A stretch of 64,000 nt of DNA from the human T2T-CHM13v2.0 reference genome, Homo sapiens, in NCBI RefSeq assembly GCF_009914755.1, contig NC_060932.1; one strand, given 5' to 3'. This document shows, one piece after another, positions 15,931 through 30,600 of this stretch (positions are counted from its first letter, which is position 1; every line of letters begins with the position of its first letter). The translations under genes and the position numbers were made by a program. The notes beneath the pieces are model-generated. The model was given only the letters and a program-made list of their open reading frames with translations. It did not search any database and was not told the DNA's origin.

Positions 15931-18039
15931 GAAAACTGCGGGAGCTGCTGGTTCCATTACCTTTCAGAACAATTTCACCCAAACACAGCCACCCTGACAT
16001 ATACAGATATATGTTCCTGGTGAGCAAAGTCCAAGGTCCATTAAGGAAGAGACTTTTGTTCAGATTAATTCATTGTTAGATACAAAGTAATTATATATTC
16101 AGTAAAACGCCTGAAGGAAATCCTTCTTCGACGGGTTTGTGAGAGTCCACCAGCACGCCTATAAAAAACAACAAAAAAAACCTTGAAGAATGTATTTGTA
16201 GGCCAGTAGCCTCATCTTCTATACCAGCATATTCAGTGCCTGATCATCGTTGGAGAAATGGCGTAGTTGAGATTTTCTAGAAACAACTATTGGCTCTTTT
16301 AGAGTTCATATAAACAAGAATAGTAGTAACTTATAGTAAAGGATCTTGGTAACTTAAACAGCAATGAGAGAAGTAAGATGTGAGAAGGTAGTTGAGTCCA
16401 CAGGAAGACCTTTCATATGATCACTTGTTAAGAGTAACAAGGCTTGGCAGAGTTTCTTACCTGAGAGATATTGCCCTTAAAAGCAGCTCAGTGTATATCC
16501 TAAACACATGGAACATGTTGTGGAATACTAATATTCTTACTATGCAAAGGTCCACTAGGTTTTGTCTCGTGTAGGGTAGAGAACTCTTTCTGGATGATAA
16601 GCTGTCCAGAAATTGAATGCAGAGGCCGAAAACTCCTGCTCTGCAGTATAAACAGGAATGTAAACAACTGTTCAGCTCCTAAAGAAATTATTTTTATCTT
16701 AATACCTAAGAGTTATTCTTGCCGACATGGAGAAAATGGAATGTTCACTCATCAAATTACTATCATCTTTCATCACAATGTTGATGGATTGCTATGTGAA
16801 TGAAGCAATACAAAATAAGAAGAATCACATGAAAAAACGAATTCAATATTATACGACCTTGGCCTCAATGCTCTGTGAAGGAAATCCTCACTAAGCATTA
16901 ATGAAGAGAATCTGGACTTCACCAAAATTTTGGTGGTCATCCTTTCTTGAAAACTAGTAGAAATTATACTATTGGCATTTTCAAACATAGTTTCATTGTA
17001 TAAAGTGCACGCTGGCAAATAATTTACAAAAAATCTTTTTTTGCAAGCCTGTTATGCTTAAGGCACTGTACTACATAGGGGTAAGGGAATATAATAATAA
17101 ATAAGACATAATTTGTGTCTCTCTTTTGTAATCTATGCTCTCATTCTAGTTACCAGCCTGGGACCAAAATAACATACAAAGCATTTTAAAAGGTGTTTTG
17201 TTTTGATAGTCTTCTTGATATTAGCATATTTTGTACAGAAGGCACTAGTAGCTCTTCCAATTTTTTTTACACTTTTATCACCTTTCATTAGCATGTAATG
17301 TATACAAGATGAGAGATACATTCATCCCATTCCCGATCTATCCTCATTCCTGACTTCCCTTCTCCATCCCAAACTCTATCCCATGCATGACTTAAAGTTC
17401 CTGGCACCTGGTTCTTCACCAAATACTTGAATTAATAAATAATTAACAAAAGGAATAAGATACGGATTTAAACTACATATTCATGCTTAATGCTTGTATA
17501 TGTGTTTAAAACCCCCCATGGGCTCCTATTTCAGTTTTAGAACAATGAATACAGTGGCCCTAGGCAGAGTGGATTATAAAGGATAGAGTGAGCAGATGTA
17601 AATCTGCTCACAAGGCAGGAGTTAAGAGATGATGGGGGCTGGGCAAGGGCAATGAAATGAGACAATGGGGTAGCAGTGAAAGATATTGAGAAACAATATA
17701 GAAAGTACATAGGACACTCCTTCCCTTTTGGAGGGGCTTAGTACTCAGAAACAAGGTGCATAGGAGACAATTTGCCTTTGACTATGAAAAGAATTCCCAC
17801 AGAGGTGACTATACTTTTATTCACACGTACCCCAGTACAGCATAGACATGCACACACCAGGTCAGAATGTTTCCTTAGGGCTGTGGGAAGGGGTCTTCAG
17901 TAGCCAGAGTTTTGCTTTTCTTTGGGGATGTGGAGACTGGGGACATAGCCCCAGACCCTCAGTGCTTCATAGCCCTGGCTCAGGCCGTCTGCCTTGCACT
18001 TTGCTCTCCTATGGACAGCTTCCATGGAATGCATCCCTC

Positions 18040-18052
18040 TGACCTTTGCCTG
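18040..18052 (-). promoter_or_regulatory. DR1 / PPRE-like element CAGGCA-A-AGGTCA about 5.2 kb upstream of FABP4
   Basis: Perfect AGGTCA half-site, A spacer, 5' AACA extension. Motif evidence only. Confidence 0.45.
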
Positions 18053-18794
18053 TGTTTATTTCTTTTGGAGGAAATGAGAGCATTTTTTCTGACAATTTTT
18101 AGGTTGAAGAGGAAACATACCCTCTCTCTGGATGATGAGGAGTAGGGACAAAGCCCTGATGAGGGGGAGTGTTTTCACAGCATGTATGTCATAGGTTAAG
18201 GATCATGCCAAGGCTCTCCTTTTATTTGAAACAAAGTTCCTTTCTGAATGCATTATTATTACCAATGTTTTGGGATTTGTTACGAGTTTTAAGACGAAAC
18301 CCCGACAGGAAAATCAAGCATATTTTATTTGGTTCTCTCTCCCCATGGACTAGTGGGAACATTTAAGATGAGAATTGCTTTACATTTCCTACCCTGGGTT
18401 AAAGACGCAAAGTAAAGGTAGCTCTGTACAAGTTTGTGTGTCATTTACTGCACAGTAAGTGGTCACTGACTCTTGACTCTAACTTCAAAATGGTGACAGT
18501 TTTGGAAAGAATGAGTAAGCCATAGGCTATGGATCAGTTCAAGGCTAATTATAGACTTAGGTTGTGCCTTGAAGTGTTGCCCAACACTTCACTTGCCCTC
18601 TTACTCATTAAAGGGACTCTTCATACATAGTGTAGTGGGTACAAGAAGGAGCTAACAAAAGAGCTGGCAAAGCGCATTCTGAGTGTAAAGTAGTATGCCC
18701 TACTTTGTCTTTATATAATAAAGCAAGCTTCACTATGAACTGACTGTGGGCCAAAGAGAACAAATCGCTAGAAAATGTCCAAGGGGACAGACAG

Positions 18795-18796
<2 letters not shown>

Positions 18797-18832
<36 letters not shown>
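18797..18832 (+). repeat. (CA)n microsatellite
   Basis: Direct reading. Confidence 0.95.
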
Positions 18833-18834
<2 letters not shown>

Positions 18835-19489
18835 AAACATTTCACGTTTGTTCTCTTCTTTGTATTTATGTAACATGAAGTTATTCCCCTTCTAATTCCC
18901 AGGTGTGAGCTCTTTGGGGATAGAGGATATGTCTTATGCATCCTTGTATCCCCAAGGCTTATGTCTGACATGTGGTAGTTCTGTCTAGTTCATTGTTGAT
19001 ATAGGAGAAAATCAATCAGGTTACTTTAAATGGCATTGAGGTATAAATGGCAGATGTAAGTATTTGCATTTAAATCCTGATTGACCCCTCCCCAGTGTTG
19101 TTTGTGACAGAGTCAAGGGAAAAATTTCAGGTGTGGCCCTCCGAAGCTGTGATAGTATGTAAACTGCTACTTGTTTTTATGAGAATTGTTTTCAATCCAC
19201 AAGGAAGGAACATACCCTGTCTCTTCCAAACTTCTGTTCATAGCCTCACTTTTGCCAATCTCAGTCCATTTACATTTTATCTGCTTTTTAAAATAGCATA
19301 CATATTCTGTAATTTAAATTACACAAATAGAGCTAAATGCAAAGAAGACATTCAGCCACGTACTCACTAAATGCCTAGTGCCAGTCACTGTGCTTGATGC
19401 TCTGGTCCAAGGATAAATAAAACAAGTGGGGAAAGCTACACGAGGACCACTACGAGGTCAAAGGATTATACGTTTAAAAAAAAAAAAAA

Positions 19490-20150
<661 letters not shown>

Positions 20151-21007
20151 TTATAGAATAACTGAGGAAATTTAGTGAGGTAGTAGCATAGTCAGATTTG
20201 AGTTTTCCAAGAATATCTTGGATGAAGAGTAGAAAATGGATTGAGGTGGGACTAGGAAATTGGTGGGGAGATTTGAAAATAAAATTTACTAATAAATACT
20301 CATCCAGAAATTACCACTGAACATTTTGATATACATTCCCCAGACTTTTTGTATATATTAATATACTATTTTGTAAATGGCATTATAGTCCACACTGGTT
20401 TAGAATTGACTTTTTCACTTAAAGAATATTCATAAAATGTATTTAAAATCTACTATGTATCAAGCAGTATTCTAGGCACTGAGAATACAACCATGTACTC
20501 TGAATATGATTCTGTGTCCATAAGTATACTGGTACCATACCATTTTTAACGACTCCAAAGTCTTCACTGATTGAATGTATACTGTATTATATACCATGTA
20601 TAATCAATATTTTACAATAAAACATCTTGTTTTTTTCCAAGGCTTTTTTGCTGCAATAGGGAATACTGTACCCCAGTGACCATCACTATGCAAATATCAA
20701 AACAGATATTTCCAATGATATCCATAGGATACATTTTTGGAAATGAAAATGTTGGGTCAAATAAATAGATATTTTAAGGCTTTAAAAATGTACTGCCAAA
20801 TTTCTCTCCAAAATATTTGTACCGGTTGACCATCTTATTTCATGTGGATATATGTCCTAAAAACATTCAGACCCTTTAGAATTCAAGAAATTTCAAAATA
20901 TTATAGGTAGAAGATATTTTATACATATATAGTGAAGTTAGTTTTTTATGAGAAAATGGACCAAGGTTAGACAAACAATAGTGGCAGAGTTGCCCTAGTA
21001 ACCAGGT

Positions 21008-21248
21008 TTTCTTCTTCTTCTTCTTTTTTTTTGTAGACAGGGTCTCACTCCAATTGCCTGGGCTGATCTCAGCTCACTGCAGCCTTGACTTCCCAGGCTC
21101 AGGTGATTCTCCCATCTCAGCCTCCCTGAATAGCTGGGACTACAGGCATGTGTCACCATGCCTGATTAATTTTTTGTATCTTTAGTAGATACAGGGTTTC
21201 ATCATGTTGTCCAAGCTGGTCTTGAACTCCTAGACTCAAGGTATCCAG
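21008..21248 (-). mobile_element. Truncated AluJ
   Basis: Partial antisense Alu consensus. Confidence 0.85.
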
Positions 21249-21497
21249 GTTTTCTGAGTCCATTACTCTTCCCATTAATCTGTGCTCCTCCTTCCAGAAA
21301 GCCTGGAACTCCTTAATCAATAAGCAAAGCAGTTTTTAATCACATCATAAACTTTATTAGAGTGTAACATGCAAATGGATTTAAGGAACATGAGATTTTA
21401 GTTCAATTTCTCTGAAAAGCCATAATTCTTCTGTGATCTCATAGCACTTTGCACATCATAACCATATGTGCTTATGTTTCTGACCTCCAGACTATGA

Positions 21498-21801
<304 letters not shown>

Positions 21802-22129
21802 TCAGACTGTGAGCTTCTTGAAGGGGCAGTTGTACATGCAGAGCATTTCTGGCAAACAGTAGGCATGAGTTTCTGGTTCATAGTAGACACTTGGGAAATA
21901 ATGTTTGAGAGAGAAAAATGGGGAAGAGGTTAGAGAGGAGAAAGAGAAAAATAAGGAGAAAAAAAGTAAAGAGGAATGAGAGAGGAAGGGGAAAAGTGAG
22001 AGATGGCACATTGGGATGAAGACACAGGTACCTTAAGTTTGCAGACAAAGTGAGAACCATGTGCTGGAATGAAAACACCAGATAGCAGCAGATGCCACAA
22101 TAGGCACTAACTGTGATGAGATGCTGATA

Positions 22130-22430
22130 AAGAGACAGAACAGGAGCAGCTCATCCAGGAACAATTTTGATTACAAGGAAACACTGAGTATTCTTTCTGG
22201 GAGGCACTTTTGCTGTGAGATTTCCCCCAGTGAACTCTGATCGAGTAAGAAACCACAAACGTCAGGCATCTGTGAAATACATTTGCCATCTGGGTGTTAA
22301 CTTCCCTCTTGACGAAAATCCTCTCTCACTAGGTGAAATGTGAATAAATGCAGAATAAATTACTGCATTTATTACTGTGGCTTGCCAAGATTCTCCACAT
22401 CTAGATGTTATTCCTTCTGCTGCAAGATTC
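22130..22430 (-). promoter_or_regulatory. Orthologue of the aP2 adipocyte enhancer: NF1 site (22378-22388), ARE6-like DR1 (22331-22343), ARE7-like DR1 (22231-22243)
   Basis: GTGAACTCTGATCGAGTAAG differs at one base from mouse ARE7 as recalled. AGGTGAAATGTGA resembles ARE6. TTGGCAAGCCA, CAGATGCCTGAC and CCTGGATGA.CTGCTCC blocks occur in the same order and orientation relative to the gene. Confidence 0.85.
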
Positions 22431-22559
22431 TTGATGGCAATTCTATGCTGTGAAGAGACTATCATCCTTTACAACTTTGTCATTGTATTAAAGCTTATAT
22501 TCAATGGATATGAACATACCTGTGACATTTTCTTGGTTGCCTTATAAACTGTGTTATGG

Positions 22560-22770
22560 AATAAAACAACCATGAGCTCTGGTATTAAGACATGTTGAAA
22601 TTTGATTGGCACTATTCACTAGCTTGTGATCTTTGGCAAGCTAGTTAATTTCTGTGACACTCAGCTTTCTCATCTGTAAAATTGAAAAACTATGCTTTAT
22701 TGCTATTGTTTAGATTAGCAATCTTAAATGCCAAGTATTTTGCATGTTGCTTAGCATATAGTTGCATATG
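22560..22770 (+). mobile_element. MIR fragment
   Basis: ctcagctttctcatctgtaaaat core motif. Confidence 0.6.
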
Positions 22771-23346
22771 TTCCTTAACATATACCTTACTCGGCAGGTG
22801 GCAGCTTATATTAATAATAGTAGTAATAATAATAATATAGTCCTAGAAGACAAATCACAAACTTGGGGTTGTGTGTCCTGGGCTGGGAAAAATTAGAAAA
22901 TTTTCTCTGATGCAGAATAGCCTCTCTGAGCATCATCTTTGGTCTCAAAACTCTCAAAACACTGAGCTTTCTTTAGCAATAATTCTGGAGTGAAAGTTTA
23001 ATTTTGAGACCAATCTCAGCTATAGAAATTCATAAAATTCAAAATGAGTTTTGTTGATATCCATGACACAGAACAAGATTTTTTTTCTTAAGAGATAATA
23101 CCATGTTAACACTCTCCTCTTTTCATAGTGGAAAATTTTCTTCTCCAGATGAGAATATTTTTGATATTTTAAAGATTAATATATACTTGATACAAAAATT
23201 CAAACTATATAGAAGAGAAAGTAATTGTGTCATTCTTCAGTGATCATAAGTTTTAACAATTCCATGAATACACTTTTCAGTCTTTTTCAATACATATGCA
23301 AACATACACATGGAATATGAATTTTATTAAAGACATTGGATAATAT

Positions 23347-24147
<801 letters not shown>

Positions 24148-25035
24148 ATATCAAGACTGTGTATGTATACACTCTTTCCATAACCTTCCTCTCCACTTAG
24201 TAATACACTGTGGTCATCTTTTCGTGTCAGTGGTATAGATATGTCTTATTTTTTAAAAAAATTGCTGCCAAGTATTCCATTTACATAGGTGCCATGTTTT
24301 AACCAATACTCCAGCTTTTCATTATTAAAAATTGTTTTAGTAAACATTCTTGTACATATATACCTTTGTTTAGTTGTGTAAATATTTTGCTATAATTCAT
24401 GCTAGAGGTAGAATTGATGGACCAATGGTTATATACATTTAAATGTTGATATATATTTAAAGTTTTAAAGTGCCCTCCAAAGAGATCATATTCTTTAAAC
24501 TCCTACCAATAGATGACCTATTTCCTCTCAGAGGAACTGGCTTAAAATGGGACTTGCTTTCAATGGGACTTATCACTTGAAATAGCCAAAATGGGCACAA
24601 AGCAAGTAGATTTAAAAAACACAAACTTGAGTACTAGACCAAGAGCCAGAAGCTTGTACAGACCCTGATTCACAGTAGTCAACAGTCACTCGACACATAT
24701 TTGGTGACAGACTGAGTATCTGGCTATCTATCATCAAGGACCCAGCTTGGGAAAGGGCAAATAATTGAATGAGAAAATAAGTAACATTATATGTAAACAT
24801 TAGTATTCATGGTCTTCTGCTAAAAGAAAAAGTGTGTGAGTGAAGAGTTTGAAGCAACTTCTCTTGGAAAGACTTAGAGCAGATGATGGGACCTTTTCAA
24901 ATTTCAATTGGAGAGGTGAAGTCTAGAACCTTTGACTGTGTATTTTCATCAGCTTCTGAAATAATGAGGCATGTAAATTTCTGGGACTGTATCTAAGTCA
25001 TAACTACTTTCTCAAGACCACTCAAGACCTTACAG

Positions 25036-25175
25036 CAGGGCATGGTGGCTCACACCTGTAATCTTAGCTACTCAGGAGTTTGATCAGGAGGATCACTTGG
25101 GCCCAGGAGTTTGAGACCAGCCTAGCCAACATAGCAAGACCCCATCTCAGAAAAAAAAAAAAAAAAAAAAAAAAA
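25036..25175 (+). mobile_element. Alu monomer (FLAM-like) with A-tail
   Basis: Left-arm consensus followed by about 25 A. Confidence 0.85.
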
Positions 25176-27359
25176 CCAGACCTTACAAAGTGTGCTTGGG
25201 AATTTGCATAGCTCTCAAGGCAGGTGATTTTTTTCTCATAGTAGGTATAGGAAACCATTTTAAAATATTAAATTTTTTTCTGAGATAAAAAGACCTTGTG
25301 ATTTTAATTCTCTTTTAATGCTGATTCTCTGAAGTGCATTTCATTGGAGAGTGTCCTACATGTACTAAAGACAATGTTGTATGAACAGGTTTATCAGTCA
25401 GAGAACTAGGTAGCCTAATCAAATTAAGAGCTAATTTGCAATAAATACACAAATAGTACAGTACTTCCTTAAACATGCAAATCAACAGAGAAAACCCAGC
25501 ATAAAAACTAATTTAACCTTCAGGAAACTGTTGATTGTGTTTCCTAACATTATGATTTCCAAGACGAAGAGTGTACCTTTGGGACCATCTGTCCTTTTCA
25601 TAACCCTCCCATGGCTGTGTGCATGATGAAGCTGCCTCCAATCATTAGTATTGCAGAGAGCAAGGAATTCTACCAAGAATAATTTGGTTTGCCCAGACAA
25701 AAATATCAATCGTTCTTCAGAGGTATATCGATGAATACAAATGCTTAAAAATGTCTTTTAAAATCTCTGTTAATAATTGCTACTAGTGTTAAATAATAAT
25801 GAATGAAAATTCTAGGTAGCAACATTTTCATCTAGTGCAAATAAAGAGAACCCCTTGATTATTTCTGAGTAGATTAACACTGCATGTGTGTGTAAAGAAT
25901 CATGCATTACTTTGACAGAATTGATTTTTTTCAGGATTTCTCTTATGTCCTTTTTTTCTGGGGAAATAATTTAATGTTTTGGCAAAAAAATTGTGGAGTT
26001 TGTAAGTTCATTTGTACATTGAAGCCTGTGCTTTTTCATATAATCATTGAAGTTTAACTCTATATTTTTAATATTTGTGTTGCTGCTCCAAGATGTTCTC
26101 TGGAATATATTTATATTCTTTAAATTGTCTTAATTATTTATTTCTTAAATTCCGAAAGGAAGGAGTTCTGGCTTAGGGAAAACATCTAATTGGAAATGCT
26201 TTTTTCTTTGCCCTAACATGTCCAAATTTTAAAGACTGTATTTCTTTTCCTTTTCTGGTTTAGCCAAAGGAAAGAATCAGAATCCTTTTAATAAGATTAT
26301 CAGGCAAGACTATGAGCTTAAACATTCCCAGTAATTCCAAAGTGAAATTTCCCTTTTTCCAGGTCCCTCTGGGGTTTTGATTTCTGATTGCCCTGGAACT
26401 TGGAAGAAGTTATTCTAGCTCTTGCTCTTTTTCCTAGTTGTCTTGCCAAACTCTGCAAATGTAATTCTTACTTTCTCACAAATCAGACCAAGGGACATTG
26501 TCCTCACTTCTTTCTGGATGGCTTTTTTTCCCCCTTGCCCTTTGACATACTTCTGAGTTCCTCTGAACTCCAGAACATGGGCTATTTTAAATCAAGTCCA
26601 TGACACACTGTCAGTTCCCATATTCATGTTTTTTTACTTAAGTAAGCGTATTGCCTTTATTTTAAAATAACCCTTACCACAGAAATAGTAATCCAGAGTA
26701 TAACACAATTATGTCATAGCTGCAGAAATATCTGGAACATAAAACTTCAGTGAACATATCTTTTTAAAAGTACATTATTTATATTAATTGTTAGATACTT
26801 GTCTAATAATATGATTTGGAAGTGCAAATGAAAACATTTAAATATATAGAAGAAGGTATATGATAATTTTACACATAGTACTTAGGCTTTACTTTTTGAT
26901 ATTTTTAAGTTAATTTTTCCAAAATGTTATTTTTCTTTCATGAAGTATAAAGTATATTGTTGTTTATAAATGTACTACTTTTTACTCTTCCCCTAGATTC
27001 CTTCAATTACTCAGATTTTATAATGACATCAAGAAAATAATTTTAAAAATCATGGAATTATGCTGCTGTTATTGACCTCCAATGAATTTTCTTTATTTTA
27101 TGGATGAGAACATAGGGTCCCAGTATGTTATATGGCTTGTTCAAAGTCACATGGATACTGAGTCAACCAGCTTCAAAACAGAGTTAACTTTTTATGTTCT
27201 CTTCCATACTGAAAACTTATTTTCTTGGTGTCTTTCTATTTTTCCTAAATTATAGTCTGATGTATACTTTATTGGCAGTTATAATATTCACCCTCTATAC
27301 TGGACACATTCAAGCATCTACTTAGATTTTCTCGTTGTTGTTTCTTGGGCCTTCAGCTA

Positions 27360-27622
27360 TTTCCTCTGCCCCGGTCTCCACAGCAGCCAAGACGGTAAAT
27401 CATAAATAATACTGCATTCCTAAAAGGATTGTATTGGCATCACCACCAAAGATTTTAAGAATGCAGAGACTGTGGTCCTTATCCTATTCTTATTCCATTT
27501 ACCTGTCTAGCCCCTGACAAAAACTAAATAGATCATGGCAGATGGTGACAAACTACCATCAACTTAACCAGATGAACTCGCCAATCTAAGCTGATGTGCC
27601 AGATGTGATACCTTTACTAGAG
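27360..27622 (+). mobile_element. ERVL pol (reverse transcriptase) fragment
   Basis: Degenerate translation resembles the ERVL motif KDLKDAGVV...SWRMTVDYRKLNQ...AAVPDVVSLLE. Confidence 0.75.
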
Positions 27623-30600
27623 TGCCAAGCACATTCGGAGAGCCAGGTGAGCAGGCACTCTTGGGTGGGCCTCTTATGCAGGTAGCAGGATCTCTAGGAC
27701 AAGGCACACTTGGGACTTGACCAGGAGTCTGATTAACAACATGAGGCCAGCCACTGGGGTAAGACAGTGGCTTTCACCCTGGATCTATTACACAAAATAG
27801 GCACCGGGTCCCCAAAACAAGAAGAAAGCCCAATTACCAGAACTGGGACATTAATGCCTTGGAGCCTGGGCTGCAAGATCAGAGGGCGAGATGAGGCTGT
27901 CTCTGAGCAAGGACTCAGTGAAACTTGGGCTTCCCCAGGACAGGGCTTGTTCCAGAAGTAGAGGCAAGGCTAAGACTCCAGAAAGGATGGAGTGGCCTCA
28001 GCCATGGCGGGGGGCACTCTGAGTGACCAGGGCATAAACAGGTCAAAATACCATGCACAGTTCCACCCTCTGTCCACTGACTTAACTTTTAAGGTCATTT
28101 TTTTCCTGTGTATTTCTTCACACATGAATTTTATTTCAATATCTATCTTCTAGTTTTCTTTGTGAGCCTCATTGTTGAAGAAGAAATTTTCAGACAGAAA
28201 AAAATAAACAACTTTTGGTACCTCCTTTTTGCTCTCTCTGCTAATAAAAATACTGCCCAAGAACCCCCTGCAGGTCATTTGCTAGTAGCAACAGCCATAA
28301 CTTTTTACTTAACAACCCTTCTGAAAACTTGGCATCATTTTTTCATTCATGTATTTATATACCAATAATTTATTCATTCAACAAATGTTTACTAAGAGCC
28401 TACTGAATACAAAGTGCCTACTCTGAAGTCAGACAGACCTTTTGTCTAACATTAACTGGCTGTTTTTTATGGGTGGAACCTATTTCTTAACATGGCAGAA
28501 GGATTAAGTGGCATAATTCACATAACTCATAAAGCATAGAAGCTTGCCACAGTAATTAGCAATCATTGAATAGCTATTATTACTTTTACTCTTATTAATA
28601 TTAATAAGTATTAATATTAATGTGAATAAACATTAGGATAAAATAATATTGAAACATGGTTGCAGTCGTTTGTGCAGAATAGACTTTAAAATAAATAAAT
28701 ATAATATAGAGTAATAGGAGCTATGGCACATGTATGTACAAGATTCGAAGAGAAAAGTAATTCTCCTCAGACAGGTCATAGATGCTTTCACATGATGAAT
28801 CATGCTTTAGTTTAAGGTTGAAAGTTGAAGAGTCTCCCAGACAGTCACGGAAAGCATGTTGCAGGCAGAGGCATGTGTTCGTGCTATTTGAATCAGCACA
28901 GAATGTAAAGCTGGAAATGTACAAGAGGCCAAATGACAAACGGTCTGAAACCCTTTGCAGAGGAGTCTGGATTTGGTAGGGAAAAATTATTGTGTATGCT
29001 TAAAGAGTGTTAATTCCTGGAGAAACAAAAGTTACCTTTTACAAAAATAATTCTAGTAGCAATATGAAAGTTGGAGCTGAAATCAAATTGGGGAAAGGGA
29101 AAGATGCAAGCCAGGAAGACATTGCGGGTAAGGCTGGGGAGGAGCTGTTACAGCAGATGAGTTGGCGGGGGGGGGGCGTGAATGTCTGCCTGGTTCTGTG
29201 CCTTTAAACAGCAAGATACACCAGGAAGAGCCCAGCCCTGTCCCCATAGTCGTCTTCCCCACCCTCATTCTCTCTCTGGCACTGGTGTGTCTAGACGCAA
29301 GTAGATGCCATGTTTGGAGGACTGCTTTGCAACTGGCCTTGGAGAGACAACAGCTGAGCCTCACAAATGTGTCATATTCTTTCACCCTGTGCCCATCTTT
29401 GGCCAAACCCTTAATGGAGCAGTGTTCCCTAAAGTGAAATACACTGGCCACCTGTTTCAAAAGCACCTGGACAACTTGTTAAAAATGCCTATTTCTAGAC
29501 ATCACCCAGCAATGAGAATCCCTTGGAGTTGGACATGAAATCTGCACTTTTTACAGTCTCTCAAGGGGAGACTGATGTTAAGAAGCCCTGCAAGAGGGCA
29601 CTAGACAAGTCTTTCTGAAACAGAACTAATCATGTAACCGGCAAGGGTAACTTTTAAAAAATAGCCTTTAAGATCCCATCCCTTTAGAGATCTGGAGGCC
29701 TAGGGTCAAGCAGGGAGTCCTGACACAGCAAGAGCACACCTGGAGCTGGATACTTAGTCAGATTTAGGAACAATTGCCCAATGTTGTCATCCTGATAAAT
29801 TACCCTTCTACTGCTTGAATGCATGAAATAATTAGTTCACAAACCTTTCCTGGTGTAATTACAAAGGGATAGCTGAGTTGTAATTTTATTGAATTGCTAC
29901 AGAAAGATTTTGAAAAACAAAGAGGCTAAGATGAAAGGTCTTAATTAGCTGTAAGAAGGTCCATCTCACAATTTATTGCTATTAGGAGGTGGCCTTGAGG
30001 AGGAACAACTATAGATGGCCACAGCACTTATTAACTTTGTGCACTGCAAGGTGTGCATTACGGGGAACAGCACCTGACATGGGACGAAGAATTCCCTTTG
30101 ATCTAATCACTTGCATCAGGCACTTTTCCAGCTCCTCTCTCATTTGCCTCAGAAGTCAAGGGGGAACTCCCTTTAACCATGTTATGCCTGTGTTTCCAGT
30201 TCAGAAAGCAAGGATCATCATTTTTCCATTGCTCACTTGCTAGGAAATGTGGAGTTCATTGAGCCTAAAAAGGATCTAACATAATCATGGACCTGCTTGG
30301 GAGGTAGGGGTAGGAGTTCGGGCAGAGGAAGAATTTTGGATGAAGCTGCTTACACAGATGAGAGTTATCAATTCCACGCTCATGTTTCCCAAACCTGGTG
30401 CCACATCAACCACTTAGCATAAAACCACAGCAACAAAACAGGTTGCTGGGCCTTGTGTACGGTATTAGAATCTAATGACTGCTATAGAGATTAAAATGAG
30501 ATTAAGGAGTTGAGGTGGAAAATCCTGCAGAAACAGAGCATTATACCACTTAAAGTCTATCTGGCTCCACTGTTTATTTTTTCCTGGTTTCATGACTCCT

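Noticed and set aside
18530-18542. ggatcagttca, resembling ARE7, at about -5.7 kb
   Set aside because: It lacks DR1 spacing and flanking homology; the collinear match is at 22231.
25482-25709. Possible extra FABP-like exon or pseudogene between FABP4 and FABP12
   Set aside because: I looked by eye for GTWK, EISF.LG.EF and WDGK motifs on both strands and found none. A tBLASTn of FABP proteins against 13000-51000 would settle it.
28591-28608. Perfect 18-bp palindrome cttattaatattaataag
   Set aside because: AT-only low-complexity sequence at the end of a MIR-like element; plausible by slippage.
29163-29180. Poly-G run as a G-quadruplex or promoter
   Set aside because: A single short G tract with no CpG island or gene start nearby.
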